From Bacteroidales bacterium (GTDB taxonomy: Bacteria; Bacteroidota; Bacteroidia; Bacteroidales; F082): 64,000 bases of DNA. A program made the translations under genes and the position numbers. The stretch spans positions 12,888 to 76,887 of the forward strand of contig JAUYGX010000142.1 in the NCBI GenBank assembly GCA_030690365.1. The letters run 5' to 3'. Within the stretch, counting starts at the first letter, position 1. Every line of letters starts with the position of its first letter. Shown in pieces: positions 40,125 through 47,645 of this stretch. Under the pieces are notes generated by a model. The model was not told the DNA's origin and did not search any database. It saw only the letters and a list, made by a program, of their open reading frames with translations.

Positions 40125-41399
40125 ATGAAGAAAAAAGCCATCATACTTGTCATCGTACTCACTTCAATGTCGTTAACCGGAATTATATTCACACAGGTTT
40201 ATTGGGTAAATACAGCTTTGCGATTGAAGGAAGATCAATTTGACAACAGCGTCCGATTAGCCATCAAAAGTGTTGTGAACCAATTACTTCAAAATAAAAA
40301 CGACACACTTTTCCAACATAAGCTTAATGTCTTGAGGTGTCGCAGGTCGCGCCTGGATGTGTTCGATTATATTGAGCCACACATGCTCGATTCGTTGATG
40401 AACGATGAAATGAAATGCATGAAAATCAATAGTAAATATTATTTCGCCGTATATAATAAGGTAAACAACCGGTTTGCCATTGGGCCGTATATTTCGCATG
40501 AACAAGCATTGCTAACTTCTCCTTATCAATTTTCGGTTTCCAGCATTTACCGTCCGGGCGACTATACCCTGTCGGTTTACTTTCCGAGCAAAACTGCCAT
40601 TATCATTAAAATGGTCAGTTATTGGCTCATTTTCTCAGTACTCTTTTTAGTGGTTCTGATTTATAGCTTTATTTATGTTATCATGAAAATTCTGGAACAG
40701 AAAAAACTGTCTGAACTCAAAAACGACTTCATCAACAACATGACCCATGAATTTAAAACGCCTATCACTACTGCCTCGCTGGCTGCTGAAATGATTCTGC
40801 GCGAAGAGGTGATGAGCCATCCAAACCGGATTAAAAAATACGCAGGTATTATTCTGGATGAAAACAGCCGGTTGCAGAACCAGATCGAACAGGTACTCCA
40901 GGTGGCTACCATAGAACAGGAAGGCCCCCGGTTTAAAATGAAAAAAACCAATGCCCACTATTTATTGGAGTCGGTGATCGAGAGTTTTGAACTGCGTATA
41001 AAAGAAAGTCATGCCCGGATTTCTGTTGATTTAAGGGCCGCTAAACCAACGGTGATGGCCGACAAATTTCACCTCTTAAATGTTTTTTATAATCTGCTCG
41101 ACAACTCCTTAAAATATACACCAAATGACCCGTTTATCGAAATCAGCACCTGGAATCAGGGTGATCAGCTGGTGATCAGGTTTAAGGACAATGGAATAGG
41201 CATCAGCCACGAGCATCAGAAGAATATTTTTAAAAGCCTTTTTCGTGTACCTACCGGAAATATCCACGAAGTACACGGTTTTGGACTTGGTTTGTACTAT
41301 GTTAAAACCGTGATTGAAGAACACAATGGCCACATTGTTTTAAAAAGTGAACCCGGCAAAGGGTCCGCCTTCGACATCTATTTAATGATAAACGAATAA
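40125..41399 (+). CDS. Sensor histidine kinase
   Basis: 424 aa. Two TM helices flank an extracytoplasmic domain of about 140 aa. Has the H-box NMTHEFKTPIT, the N-box LLDNSLKYTP, and the G-boxes DNGIGIS and GFGLGLYYV. Confidence 0.9.
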   Translation: MKKKAIILVIVLTSMSLTGIIFTQVYWVNTALRLKEDQFDNSVRLAIKSVVNQLLQNKNDTLFQHKLNVLRCRRSRLDVFDYIEPHMLDSLMNDEMKCMKINSKYYFAVYNKVNNRFAIGPYISHEQALLTSPYQFSVSSIYRPGDYTLSVYFPSKTAIIIKMVSYWLIFSVLFLVVLIYSFIYVIMKILEQKKLSELKNDFINNMTHEFKTPITTASLAAEMILREEVMSHPNRIKKYAGIILDENSRLQNQIEQVLQVATIEQEGPRFKMKKTNAHYLLESVIESFELRIKESHARISVDLRAAKPTVMADKFHLLNVFYNLLDNSLKYTPNDPFIEISTWNQGDQLVIRFKDNGIGISHEHQKNIFKSLFRVPTGNIHEVHGFGLGLYYVKTVIEEHNGHIVLKSEPGKGSAFDIYLMINE

Positions 41400-41403
41400 T
41401 AAA

Positions 41404-42117
41404 ATGGAAGAAAAAACACCTCCTGCAAACATCCTGTTCGTTGAAGACGACTCAAACCTCAGCATGATCCTGCGAGATTATCTGGAGATGATCGGTTATA
41501 CCGTCATCCATGCCAGCGATGGCGAAGAAGGGCTGGCTCAATTTTCTTCTGAGAAATTCGACCTGGTTATCCTCGATATCATGATGCCTAAAAAAGATGG
41601 GTTTACACTGGCCAGCGAAATCAGATCGAAAAATAGTCAGGTACCTATCATTTTTCTTACGGCAAAAAATATGAAAGAAGACCGCATTAAAGGTTTTCAG
41701 CATGGCTGCGACGATTATATTACAAAGCCATTTAGTACTGAGGAACTTAGCTTGCGGATAAAAGCCATATTGAAAAGGTGTAGTGTAGCCGACTCACAAC
41801 CACAACACGATACCACCACGCAATTCTCCATTGGTCATTTTACATTCGACAGTGTAAATCTGGTTCTGAATTCACCTGCCGGCGAACGCAGGCTCACCCG
41901 CAAAGAAGCCAGTTTACTTAAACTATTGTGCTTAAACAAAAACACCTTGCTGTCGAGGGAAGTGGTATTGGAAACTGTGTGGGGCGAAAACGATTACTTT
42001 ATCGGACGCAGCATGGATGTGTTTATTACCAAACTGCGCAAATATTTAAAATCCGACTCCGGTGTAAAAATTATTAATGTACACGGAATCGGATTTAAAC
42101 TGGAAGTAAGCAATTAA
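41404..42117 (+). CDS. OmpR/PhoB-type response regulator
   Basis: 237 aa. Receiver domain (ILFVEDDSNLS...DLVILDIMMPKKDG...LTAK) plus a winged-helix domain (LTRKEASLLKLL...VWGENDYFIGRSMDVFITKLRKYL...GIGFKL). Confidence 0.9.
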   Translation: MEEKTPPANILFVEDDSNLSMILRDYLEMIGYTVIHASDGEEGLAQFSSEKFDLVILDIMMPKKDGFTLASEIRSKNSQVPIIFLTAKNMKEDRIKGFQHGCDDYITKPFSTEELSLRIKAILKRCSVADSQPQHDTTTQFSIGHFTFDSVNLVLNSPAGERRLTRKEASLLKLLCLNKNTLLSREVVLETVWGENDYFIGRSMDVFITKLRKYLKSDSGVKIINVHGIGFKLEVSN

Positions 42118-42144
42118 CTTCCCAGTGTCAGAAACTGTCTAAGT

Positions 42145-43422
42145 TTATTTTGCAGGCTTACCGGGATAACCCAGGATTTCCCGGGCTTTCCATGCACAAT
42201 CGTACATGGAGGTAAAGTTCTTTAAGAAGTTATCCTCCGACCTGTAATCTACAGCATTCATCATGACAATAACAGACACATCCACAGACGGATCGTACAT
42301 CATGATGCTTAAATACCCTCTGATACAACCATTGTGGCCAAAGCCCAGGTTGGTAGTCCGGATACATCCAAGCGCATAATTACCCGGCCCGTTGACATCA
42401 GGTGAGAAATCCGTTTGCATCAGCGTAACCGTTTCTGCTTCCAATACATTTTGAGCTTTCATAAGGGTACGAACATAGGTATTAAGCTCGGTAAAATTGG
42501 CATAACCATTTCCTTCGGCCACATGGGCGCTCATATTCGTTTGGTCGTAATATACAGTTCCTTCTGGTTCAGGATTATAAATAACACCAGTGGCGTGCAA
42601 CTCATTTATCGCCACATCGGTTGCCTGAGCAGGGAAATACAGATCGAGCGGTACTATGGAATGCGGGCCGTAAATGTAATCGAACAAATAGTCCTTATAA
42701 GTCTTTCCGGTGGTTTTATTGGCACTGTAAACGCGGGCAATAATCTCGCTTAAAATGGTATACCCTGTATTGCTATAATGATGACTATAACCAGGTTCCC
42801 AATAACTCAGGCCATTTATGGCTATTTGGTTCACCAGTTCTTCTGCGCTGAACTGATGGGTTGGATTATTATGAAAGGTATATTCCACATACGATTCGCC
42901 GCCACAATTGGGTACAGAGTCGTTGTCGATATCGTACACCCCGGCACTGTGCTGCAATAACTGTTCAATAGTAATCTCACTCTTGTGTGGAATATTCCAG
43001 GCATCAGAAGCTGGCACATAAGGGATATTTGTACCGGGAATCAAGCCGGTGATGGTATCATAAATATCCAACCAACCATCTTCATACATATTTAGTATGG
43101 CGGTGGCCGTAAAATTTTTTGTATTGCTGGCGAACCGAAAAATAGTTTCTGTAGTAACGGGCGTTTCATCCGGTTCGTTTGCTGTGGCGAAGTAAGTTCC
43201 TTTTGGTGAATCAATATAAACACTCACCGAAGGAATCACAACACCCAGCTCAGTTTGAGTGGCTTTGCGAATAACTTCCAAGCTGTCAGCAATAGGTAAA
43301 ACAGGCTTGGGATCGGGCGGATCGGTGTTTGTTTCTTTACAGGCACCAAGGCTTAAAACAAGCAATATTCCAACGAATGTAATGAGGTTCTTATTCATAA
43401 GTTCTTTGTTTTGATTTTTCAA
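42145..43422 (-). CDS. Serine hydrolase of the beta-lactamase / PBP4* family (lipoprotein)
   Basis: 425 aa with a lipobox (LSLGACKE). Has the SxxK motif FRFASNTKNFTA, a YSN-type motif (HYSNTGY) and a downstream HNG in place of KTG. Confidence 0.8.
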   Translation of the reverse strand: MKNQNKELMNKNLITFVGILLVLSLGACKETNTDPPDPKPVLPIADSLEVIRKATQTELGVVIPSVSVYIDSPKGTYFATANEPDETPVTTETIFRFASNTKNFTATAILNMYEDGWLDIYDTITGLIPGTNIPYVPASDAWNIPHKSEITIEQLLQHSAGVYDIDNDSVPNCGGESYVEYTFHNNPTHQFSAEELVNQIAINGLSYWEPGYSHHYSNTGYTILSEIIARVYSANKTTGKTYKDYLFDYIYGPHSIVPLDLYFPAQATDVAINELHATGVIYNPEPEGTVYYDQTNMSAHVAEGNGYANFTELNTYVRTLMKAQNVLEAETVTLMQTDFSPDVNGPGNYALGCIRTTNLGFGHNGCIRGYLSIMMYDPSVDVSVIVMMNAVDYRSEDNFLKNFTSMYDCAWKAREILGYPGKPAK

Positions 43423-43582
43423 AAATACTCTATTTAATTAATATGCGCTGTAAATGGTTACAAAACCGAAAGAACAGCCTCTTGTCTCCACATTTTACTA
43501 CCAACGAATTCATCAATCTAAGGCCTGTTTGTTGATTTTATATTAATTTTACCCGATAGAAATCAAAAAAAGAACTACTCAT

Positions 43583-45004
43583 ATGTTTAACAAAGAAATT
43601 TATATCACCAGAAGAAAAAAGTTAAGAAATGAAATCAAATCGGGTATAGGCCTGTTTTTAGGGAATGTTGACGTGGCGTTTAATTATCCGGCTAACACGT
43701 ATTCTTTCAGGCAGGACAGTCATTTCTTATATTTCTTTGGGCTTAATCATCCCGGTTTTGCCGGAGTGATCGATTTCGACAGCAACACCGATCTGGTATT
43801 CGCGAATGATGTTGATATTGAAGATATTATTTGGATGGGAAATCAGCCTGCTGTGAAAGATATGGCTGCTGAAGCAGGAATCGGGCATACAGCTCCTTAC
43901 GGAGAATTGGCTGGTTATTTAAAATCAGCGATCAGTCAGGGTAAAAGCATTCATTTTCTCCCGGCCTACCGGGGCGAAACCATGGTGGAACTTTCGAAGT
44001 TACTGAACCTGAATATCGATAAGTTAAAAAGCGAAGCTTCCGTTGAACTGATTAAAGCGGTGGTAAAACTGAAGGAAATTAAGGAAGAAGTTGAAATTGC
44101 CGAAATAAAAAAAGCCATCGACATCGCCTATCTGATGCACACCACTTCCATGAAAATGGCCAAACCGGGTATGGTAGAACAGGAAATTGCCGGAACCATC
44201 GAAGGAATTTCGCTGGCATTGGGCGGACCTGTTTCATTTCCGATTATCCTGAGCCAGGACGGTCAAACACTTCACAACCATTGCCACGACAAGGTGCTGA
44301 CGGAAGGTCGTATGATGGTAACCGATGCCGGTGCAGAAACCCAGGAAGGCTATTGCAGCGACATTACCCGGACTGTGCCTGTTGGCGGAAAATTTAACAA
44401 ACGCCAGGCCGGAATTTATCAAACCGTATTGGATGCCAATGTAAAGGCCATCGCAGCCATCAAACCCGGAATAAAATACCGAGATGTTCATTTTTTGGCC
44501 TGCCGCACTATTGTGGATGGACTGAAAAAGCTTGGATTAATGAAAGGTGATACACAGGCAGCGGTTGATGCCAGGGCCCACACCTTGTTTATGCCTCACG
44601 GTCTGGGTCATATGATGGGTATGGATGTCCACGACATGGAAGGTTTAGGCGAAAATCATGTGGGTTACGACGAAAATACCACCAGAGCCACTGAGTTTGG
44701 CAACGCCTACCTGCGGTTGGGCAAAGAATTGAGACCAGGCATGGTACTCACGGTGGAGCCAGGCATTTACTTTATCCCGGCTTTGATAGATCAATACCGC
44801 AAGGAAGGCACTTTTGACGAATTTATCAATTTCGATTTGGTTGAAACCTACAAGGACTTTGGCGGAATCCGCATTGAAGACGACGTGCTGGTAACCGAAA
44901 ACAGCCACCGTGTATTGGGAAAACCAATTCCAAAAACCATTGCAGAAATTGAGAAAACCATGGCCGAACCAAGAGAATGGATCAAATGGGAAGGGTTTAT
45001 ATAA
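43583..45004 (+). CDS. Xaa-Pro aminopeptidase (M24B)
   Basis: 473 aa. Pita-bread metal ligands are present: VTDAGAE..GYCSDITRT, HGLGHMMGMDVHD, EPGIYF, IRIEDDVLVT. Confidence 0.9.
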   Translation: MFNKEIYITRRKKLRNEIKSGIGLFLGNVDVAFNYPANTYSFRQDSHFLYFFGLNHPGFAGVIDFDSNTDLVFANDVDIEDIIWMGNQPAVKDMAAEAGIGHTAPYGELAGYLKSAISQGKSIHFLPAYRGETMVELSKLLNLNIDKLKSEASVELIKAVVKLKEIKEEVEIAEIKKAIDIAYLMHTTSMKMAKPGMVEQEIAGTIEGISLALGGPVSFPIILSQDGQTLHNHCHDKVLTEGRMMVTDAGAETQEGYCSDITRTVPVGGKFNKRQAGIYQTVLDANVKAIAAIKPGIKYRDVHFLACRTIVDGLKKLGLMKGDTQAAVDARAHTLFMPHGLGHMMGMDVHDMEGLGENHVGYDENTTRATEFGNAYLRLGKELRPGMVLTVEPGIYFIPALIDQYRKEGTFDEFINFDLVETYKDFGGIRIEDDVLVTENSHRVLGKPIPKTIAEIEKTMAEPREWIKWEGFI

Positions 45005-45034
45005 CCTTGGTCGAGTAGATAATTCACGTAAAAA

Positions 45035-45071
45035 ACGGTATTCTGATGTTTTGGAATACCGTTTTTATTTT
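45035..45071 (+). terminator. Rho-independent terminator after the aminopeptidase gene
   Basis: acggtattc-(10-nt loop)-gaataccgt forms a 9-bp stem and is followed by ttttatttt. Confidence 0.8.
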
Positions 45072-45191
45072 GCTATCAAATACCAGTTGTAAAATGAACC
45101 TTCACTACAAGTTTATTGATTAAACCTTAAAACTTGCACAAAATACAACTTTTAATGATTTCAATGAATGGATCAGATTAAAAGAGAATTA

Positions 45192-45962
45192 CTAAAATTG
45201 TTCTTTCCTTTCCACCGCATATCCCAGAAATAACTTCTGAGCCATCATCTCCTGAACGAATGCTATCATGTTGATTAATAACGGATGTTGATCCGATAAT
45301 GCGAACTGAAGTTTAAGTCCGGCAGCTATGTCGGACAAGGAAAGTTGTTCATGGGCAATATTTTCAAAAGTAAAAGTGTCCAGGGCCGACAGGTCGGCAA
45401 AAAGTACTTCTCTGGTTTCAGGATGCCGATACACCATCATAAAATAATCTCCCGGATGGTTTTTGGCTTCCTCCACAGCATATAAATGAACCGGGTAACG
45501 GAGCGGAATCAGGCGGTATTCCAGATTCACAACAATCGTCCCGTTCCTAATATCTCCCTGAAGAGTAAATGGTTCTGCTTCTATGTCCGGCATTGTATAT
45601 ACTTCAATTTCAATCCATTCAAAATAAAGCAGATCATTTAACCAGGGCTTGCCCCATAAAGTGGCGTAATCCTTTTCTTTCACGAAAGTGACAAATTCAG
45701 CCGGCAACTTCCAGATTTGGGTTGTTTTAGCATCGTGATTGGCAAAAAACAGATTTATCAGTTCATTCCATTCATCATCCGGCAATACCTGACGTGAAAT
45801 CGGGAAAGCCTGCACCATGGTATTGTTGATGTTGTTCCTGAGCAGTCTGCGGTATTGGCGCAATCCTTCTTCTGTAGCGCCCGGAATAAAGGTATCGTTT
45901 CCGGTCCGTCCGAACCGAGACAAATCCTGCTCTATTTTATAAGTATCAGGCTGGTACAACAT
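45192..45962 (-). CDS. DUF2063-type partner protein (HvfC/BufC/MbnC-like RiPP maturation chaperone)
   Basis: 256 aa. The N-terminal pattern is YRRLLRNNINNTMVQAFPISRQVLPDDEWNELINLFFANHDAKTTQIWKLPAEFVTFV, which is typical of DUF2063. The start overlaps the upstream DUF692 gene by 17 nt. Confidence 0.75.
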   Translation of the reverse strand: MLYQPDTYKIEQDLSRFGRTGNDTFIPGATEEGLRQYRRLLRNNINNTMVQAFPISRQVLPDDEWNELINLFFANHDAKTTQIWKLPAEFVTFVKEKDYATLWGKPWLNDLLYFEWIEIEVYTMPDIEAEPFTLQGDIRNGTIVVNLEYRLIPLRYPVHLYAVEEAKNHPGDYFMMVYRHPETREVLFADLSALDTFTFENIAHEQLSLSDIAAGLKLQFALSDQHPLLINMIAFVQEMMAQKLFLGYAVERKEQF

Positions 45963-46794
45963 CTTTTATCCAGTATTTATGGACTATTGAACGTAGTTGA
46001 TTCATTTCGTGGTTGAGCATCCTGATTTCAGGAAAGTTAAAATCCCTTTCGAGCAACACCGGAACAGGCTTAAGTTTTGCCACCGTGAAGTCAAACAGAT
46101 CGTAAACAGGATCAATAATGGCTTCGCCATGGGTATCGACAATCAGCGTGGGGGAAACTTGCTCATGACCTGCCATGTGAATGTAAGCCACCCGATCGAG
46201 CGGCATGTCTGAAATAAATTCGTATGGATCATAATGGTGGTTGAAAGCATTGACATACACATTGTTCACATCCAACAAGAGGTTGCATCCCGATTGCGAA
46301 ACAATTTGGTTGATAAATTCAGATTCGGTCATTTGAGCGGCCACTGGCGTGTAGTACGAAACATTTTCGATGGCAATAGGCATTTCCAAAAAATCCTGAA
46401 CCTGTTTTATGCGGGCTACCACATGCTTCACGCTGTCGTCCCGAAAAGGAATGGGCAACAAATCATACAAGTGCGCATTATCCATCTTTGCAAACGATAA
46501 ATGCTCGGAATAAACCCTGACATCATGTTCTGCAATAAAATTCTTTATCTGTCGGAGAAAATCAAAATCCAGTTCATCCGGACTACCAATGGACAATGAA
46601 AGCCCATGTAGAAAAATCGGAAAACAGCGGCTGATCTCCTTAAACTGAGCACCCCAATAACCTCCCATATTGATCCAGTTTTCGGGTGCCACCTCAACAA
46701 AGTCGGGGATAATTTCATTGGTCTTCAGGAATGCATCCGCGATATCGCGTCTGAATCCCATACCGATGTTACTTATGTTTTTCCGTAGGTTCAT
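45946..46794 (-). CDS. DUF692 / MNIO-family (MbnB-like multinuclear non-heme iron oxidative) peptide maturase
   Basis: 282 aa. Contains GMGFRRDI, DFVEVAPENW, IFLHGLSLSIGS, VYSEHLSF, DLLPIPF, IAIENVSYY, CNLLLDVNNVYVNAFNHHYDP, IHMAGH, VDTHGE and LLERDFNFP, the conserved DUF692 TIM-barrel metal-ligand blocks. Confidence 0.9.
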   Translation of the reverse strand: MNLRKNISNIGMGFRRDIADAFLKTNEIIPDFVEVAPENWINMGGYWGAQFKEISRCFPIFLHGLSLSIGSPDELDFDFLRQIKNFIAEHDVRVYSEHLSFAKMDNAHLYDLLPIPFRDDSVKHVVARIKQVQDFLEMPIAIENVSYYTPVAAQMTESEFINQIVSQSGCNLLLDVNNVYVNAFNHHYDPYEFISDMPLDRVAYIHMAGHEQVSPTLIVDTHGEAIIDPVYDLFDFTVAKLKPVPVLLERDFNFPEIRMLNHEMNQLRSIVHKYWIKDVVPA

Positions 46795-46808
46795 GTGATT
46801 AAAAATTC

Positions 46809-46849
46809 ACAATCGAATTGGCAGCACTTTAACCTGCCAATTCGATTGT
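46809..46849 (-). terminator. 16-bp perfect hairpin between precursor and maturase genes (attenuator / leaky terminator or RNA stabiliser)
   Basis: acaatcgaattggcag (46809..46824), 9-nt loop, ctgccaattcgattgt (46834..46849). On the minus-strand RNA the stem is followed by GAAUUUUUAAUCAC and then the maturase AUG. Confidence 0.65.
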
Positions 46850-46868
46850 TTGATGAAAAGCGATGTGA

Positions 46869-47276
46869 TTAAGAAACCCCACATTTACCTTCACCACATT
46901 TGGCTTCGGTGGTTTTGGTGGTTTCTTCCTTCTTTTCGGTTTTGGTTTCGGTGGTTTTTGCGGCCTTGCCTTCACCGCACTTTCCTTCACCACACTTAGC
47001 TTCTACAGCCTTCCCCTCTTTCTTTTCTACTTTCGCTTCCTTTTTTGTTTCCTTTTTAGTTTCCTCTGGTTTGGCTTCACCACATTTCATTTCAAAAACA
47101 TTTAAAGGCGAAAAGTTAATATTCAGATCGATGATCTGGCCGCGAAGTTCAGCTCCATTGCCAAGCACCTGGCTGGTAGAAGGACGTGCATTTAAATTTG
47201 TTCCTGCAAATGTCACCAAAGCTCCTGCAAGTAAACTGCTGGCAACGATACTGGTAGTTTTCAGTCTTTTTTCCAT
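46869..47276 (-). CDS. RiPP precursor candidate (HvfA/MovA-like, repeated K-C-G / CGEGKCG motifs)
   Basis: The start is taken at MEKRLKTTSIVASSLLAGALVTFAGTNLNA (Sec signal). The remainder is K/E/T-rich with 5 Cys, all in K-C-G context: EMKCGEAK, EAKCGEGKCGEGK, EAKCGEGKCGVS-stop. It lies directly upstream of the DUF692 and DUF2063 genes. Confidence 0.75.
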   Translation of the reverse strand: MEKRLKTTSIVASSLLAGALVTFAGTNLNARPSTSQVLGNGAELRGQIIDLNINFSPLNVFEMKCGEAKPEETKKETKKEAKVEKKEGKAVEAKCGEGKCGEGKAAKTTETKTEKKEETTKTTEAKCGEGKCGVS

Positions 47277-47321
47277 GATATTAGTAATTAAGTAAGATAA
47301 AATTGTATCACCCATTTTGAC

Positions 47322-47335
47322 GTGGATCTATCCAC
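47322..47335. promoter_or_regulatory. 14-bp palindrome GTGGATCTATCCAC upstream of the precursor gene (candidate operator)
   Basis: 6-bp perfect arms with a 2-nt spacer, 46 nt upstream of the ATG at 47276. Confidence 0.3.
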
Positions 47336-47367
47336 ATCCTTACATCATCACGAAAGAAAAACTTAAA

Positions 47368-47532
47368 TTAATTTTTATTCAGCTGTTTTTCAACAACTTC
47401 GGCGAGTCGCATTTTTTGATCCTCTGTCAGTTTCCAGGTCAGGTTTTTGGCCTCAATAGAACCCATTTGGACAAGATGTGAATTGACTATGTGCGATTGC
47501 TTTAGGTAGTGCCTACAGAATTCGCAGACCAT
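47368..47532 (-). CDS. Small ORF with an HxxxCxxC (zf-HC2-like) motif at its extreme N-terminus
   Basis: The 54-aa ORF reads MVCEFCRHYLKQSHIVNSHLVQMGSIEAKNLTWKLTEDQKMRLAEVVEKQLNKN. The in-frame upstream codons read ..LKLHL, so a TTG start would include the His. It is absent from the 60-aa ORF track. It sits between the pepA terminator and the precursor gene. Confidence 0.35.
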   Translation of the reverse strand: MVCEFCRHYLKQSHIVNSHLVQMGSIEAKNLTWKLTEDQKMRLAEVVEKQLNKN

Positions 47533-47596
47533 CAAATGCAATTTTAACTGCGTCCTTTTGAGGCAGGAGTTAATTCCATTTTACAGTTGGTTAATG

Positions 47597-47632
47597 GATA
47601 AAATAGCTCAACCGCCACAACATGCGGTTGAG
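47597..47632 (-). terminator. Terminator after pepA
   Basis: ctcaaccgc / gcggttgag forms a 9-bp stem with an 8-nt loop, 13 nt after the pepA stop. On the minus strand it is followed by CUAUUUUAUC. Confidence 0.6.
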
Positions 47633-47645
47633 ACCGCGACCAGTA

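Noticed and set aside
42145-45004. Possible functional link of the beta-lactamase-family hydrolase and the two aminopeptidases (pepP, pepA) to the RiPP operon, e.g. as leader peptidases
   Set aside because: These genes are on separate transcription units with their own terminators, and pepP is convergent. The precursor has a Sec signal that needs no dedicated protease. The adjacency may be coincidental.
46900-47295. 131-aa ORF antisense to the RiPP precursor
   Set aside because: It is a low-complexity S/F/V/P-rich product that simply mirrors the K/E/T-rich precursor codons. The sense-strand ORF has a signal peptide, Cys motifs and operon context.
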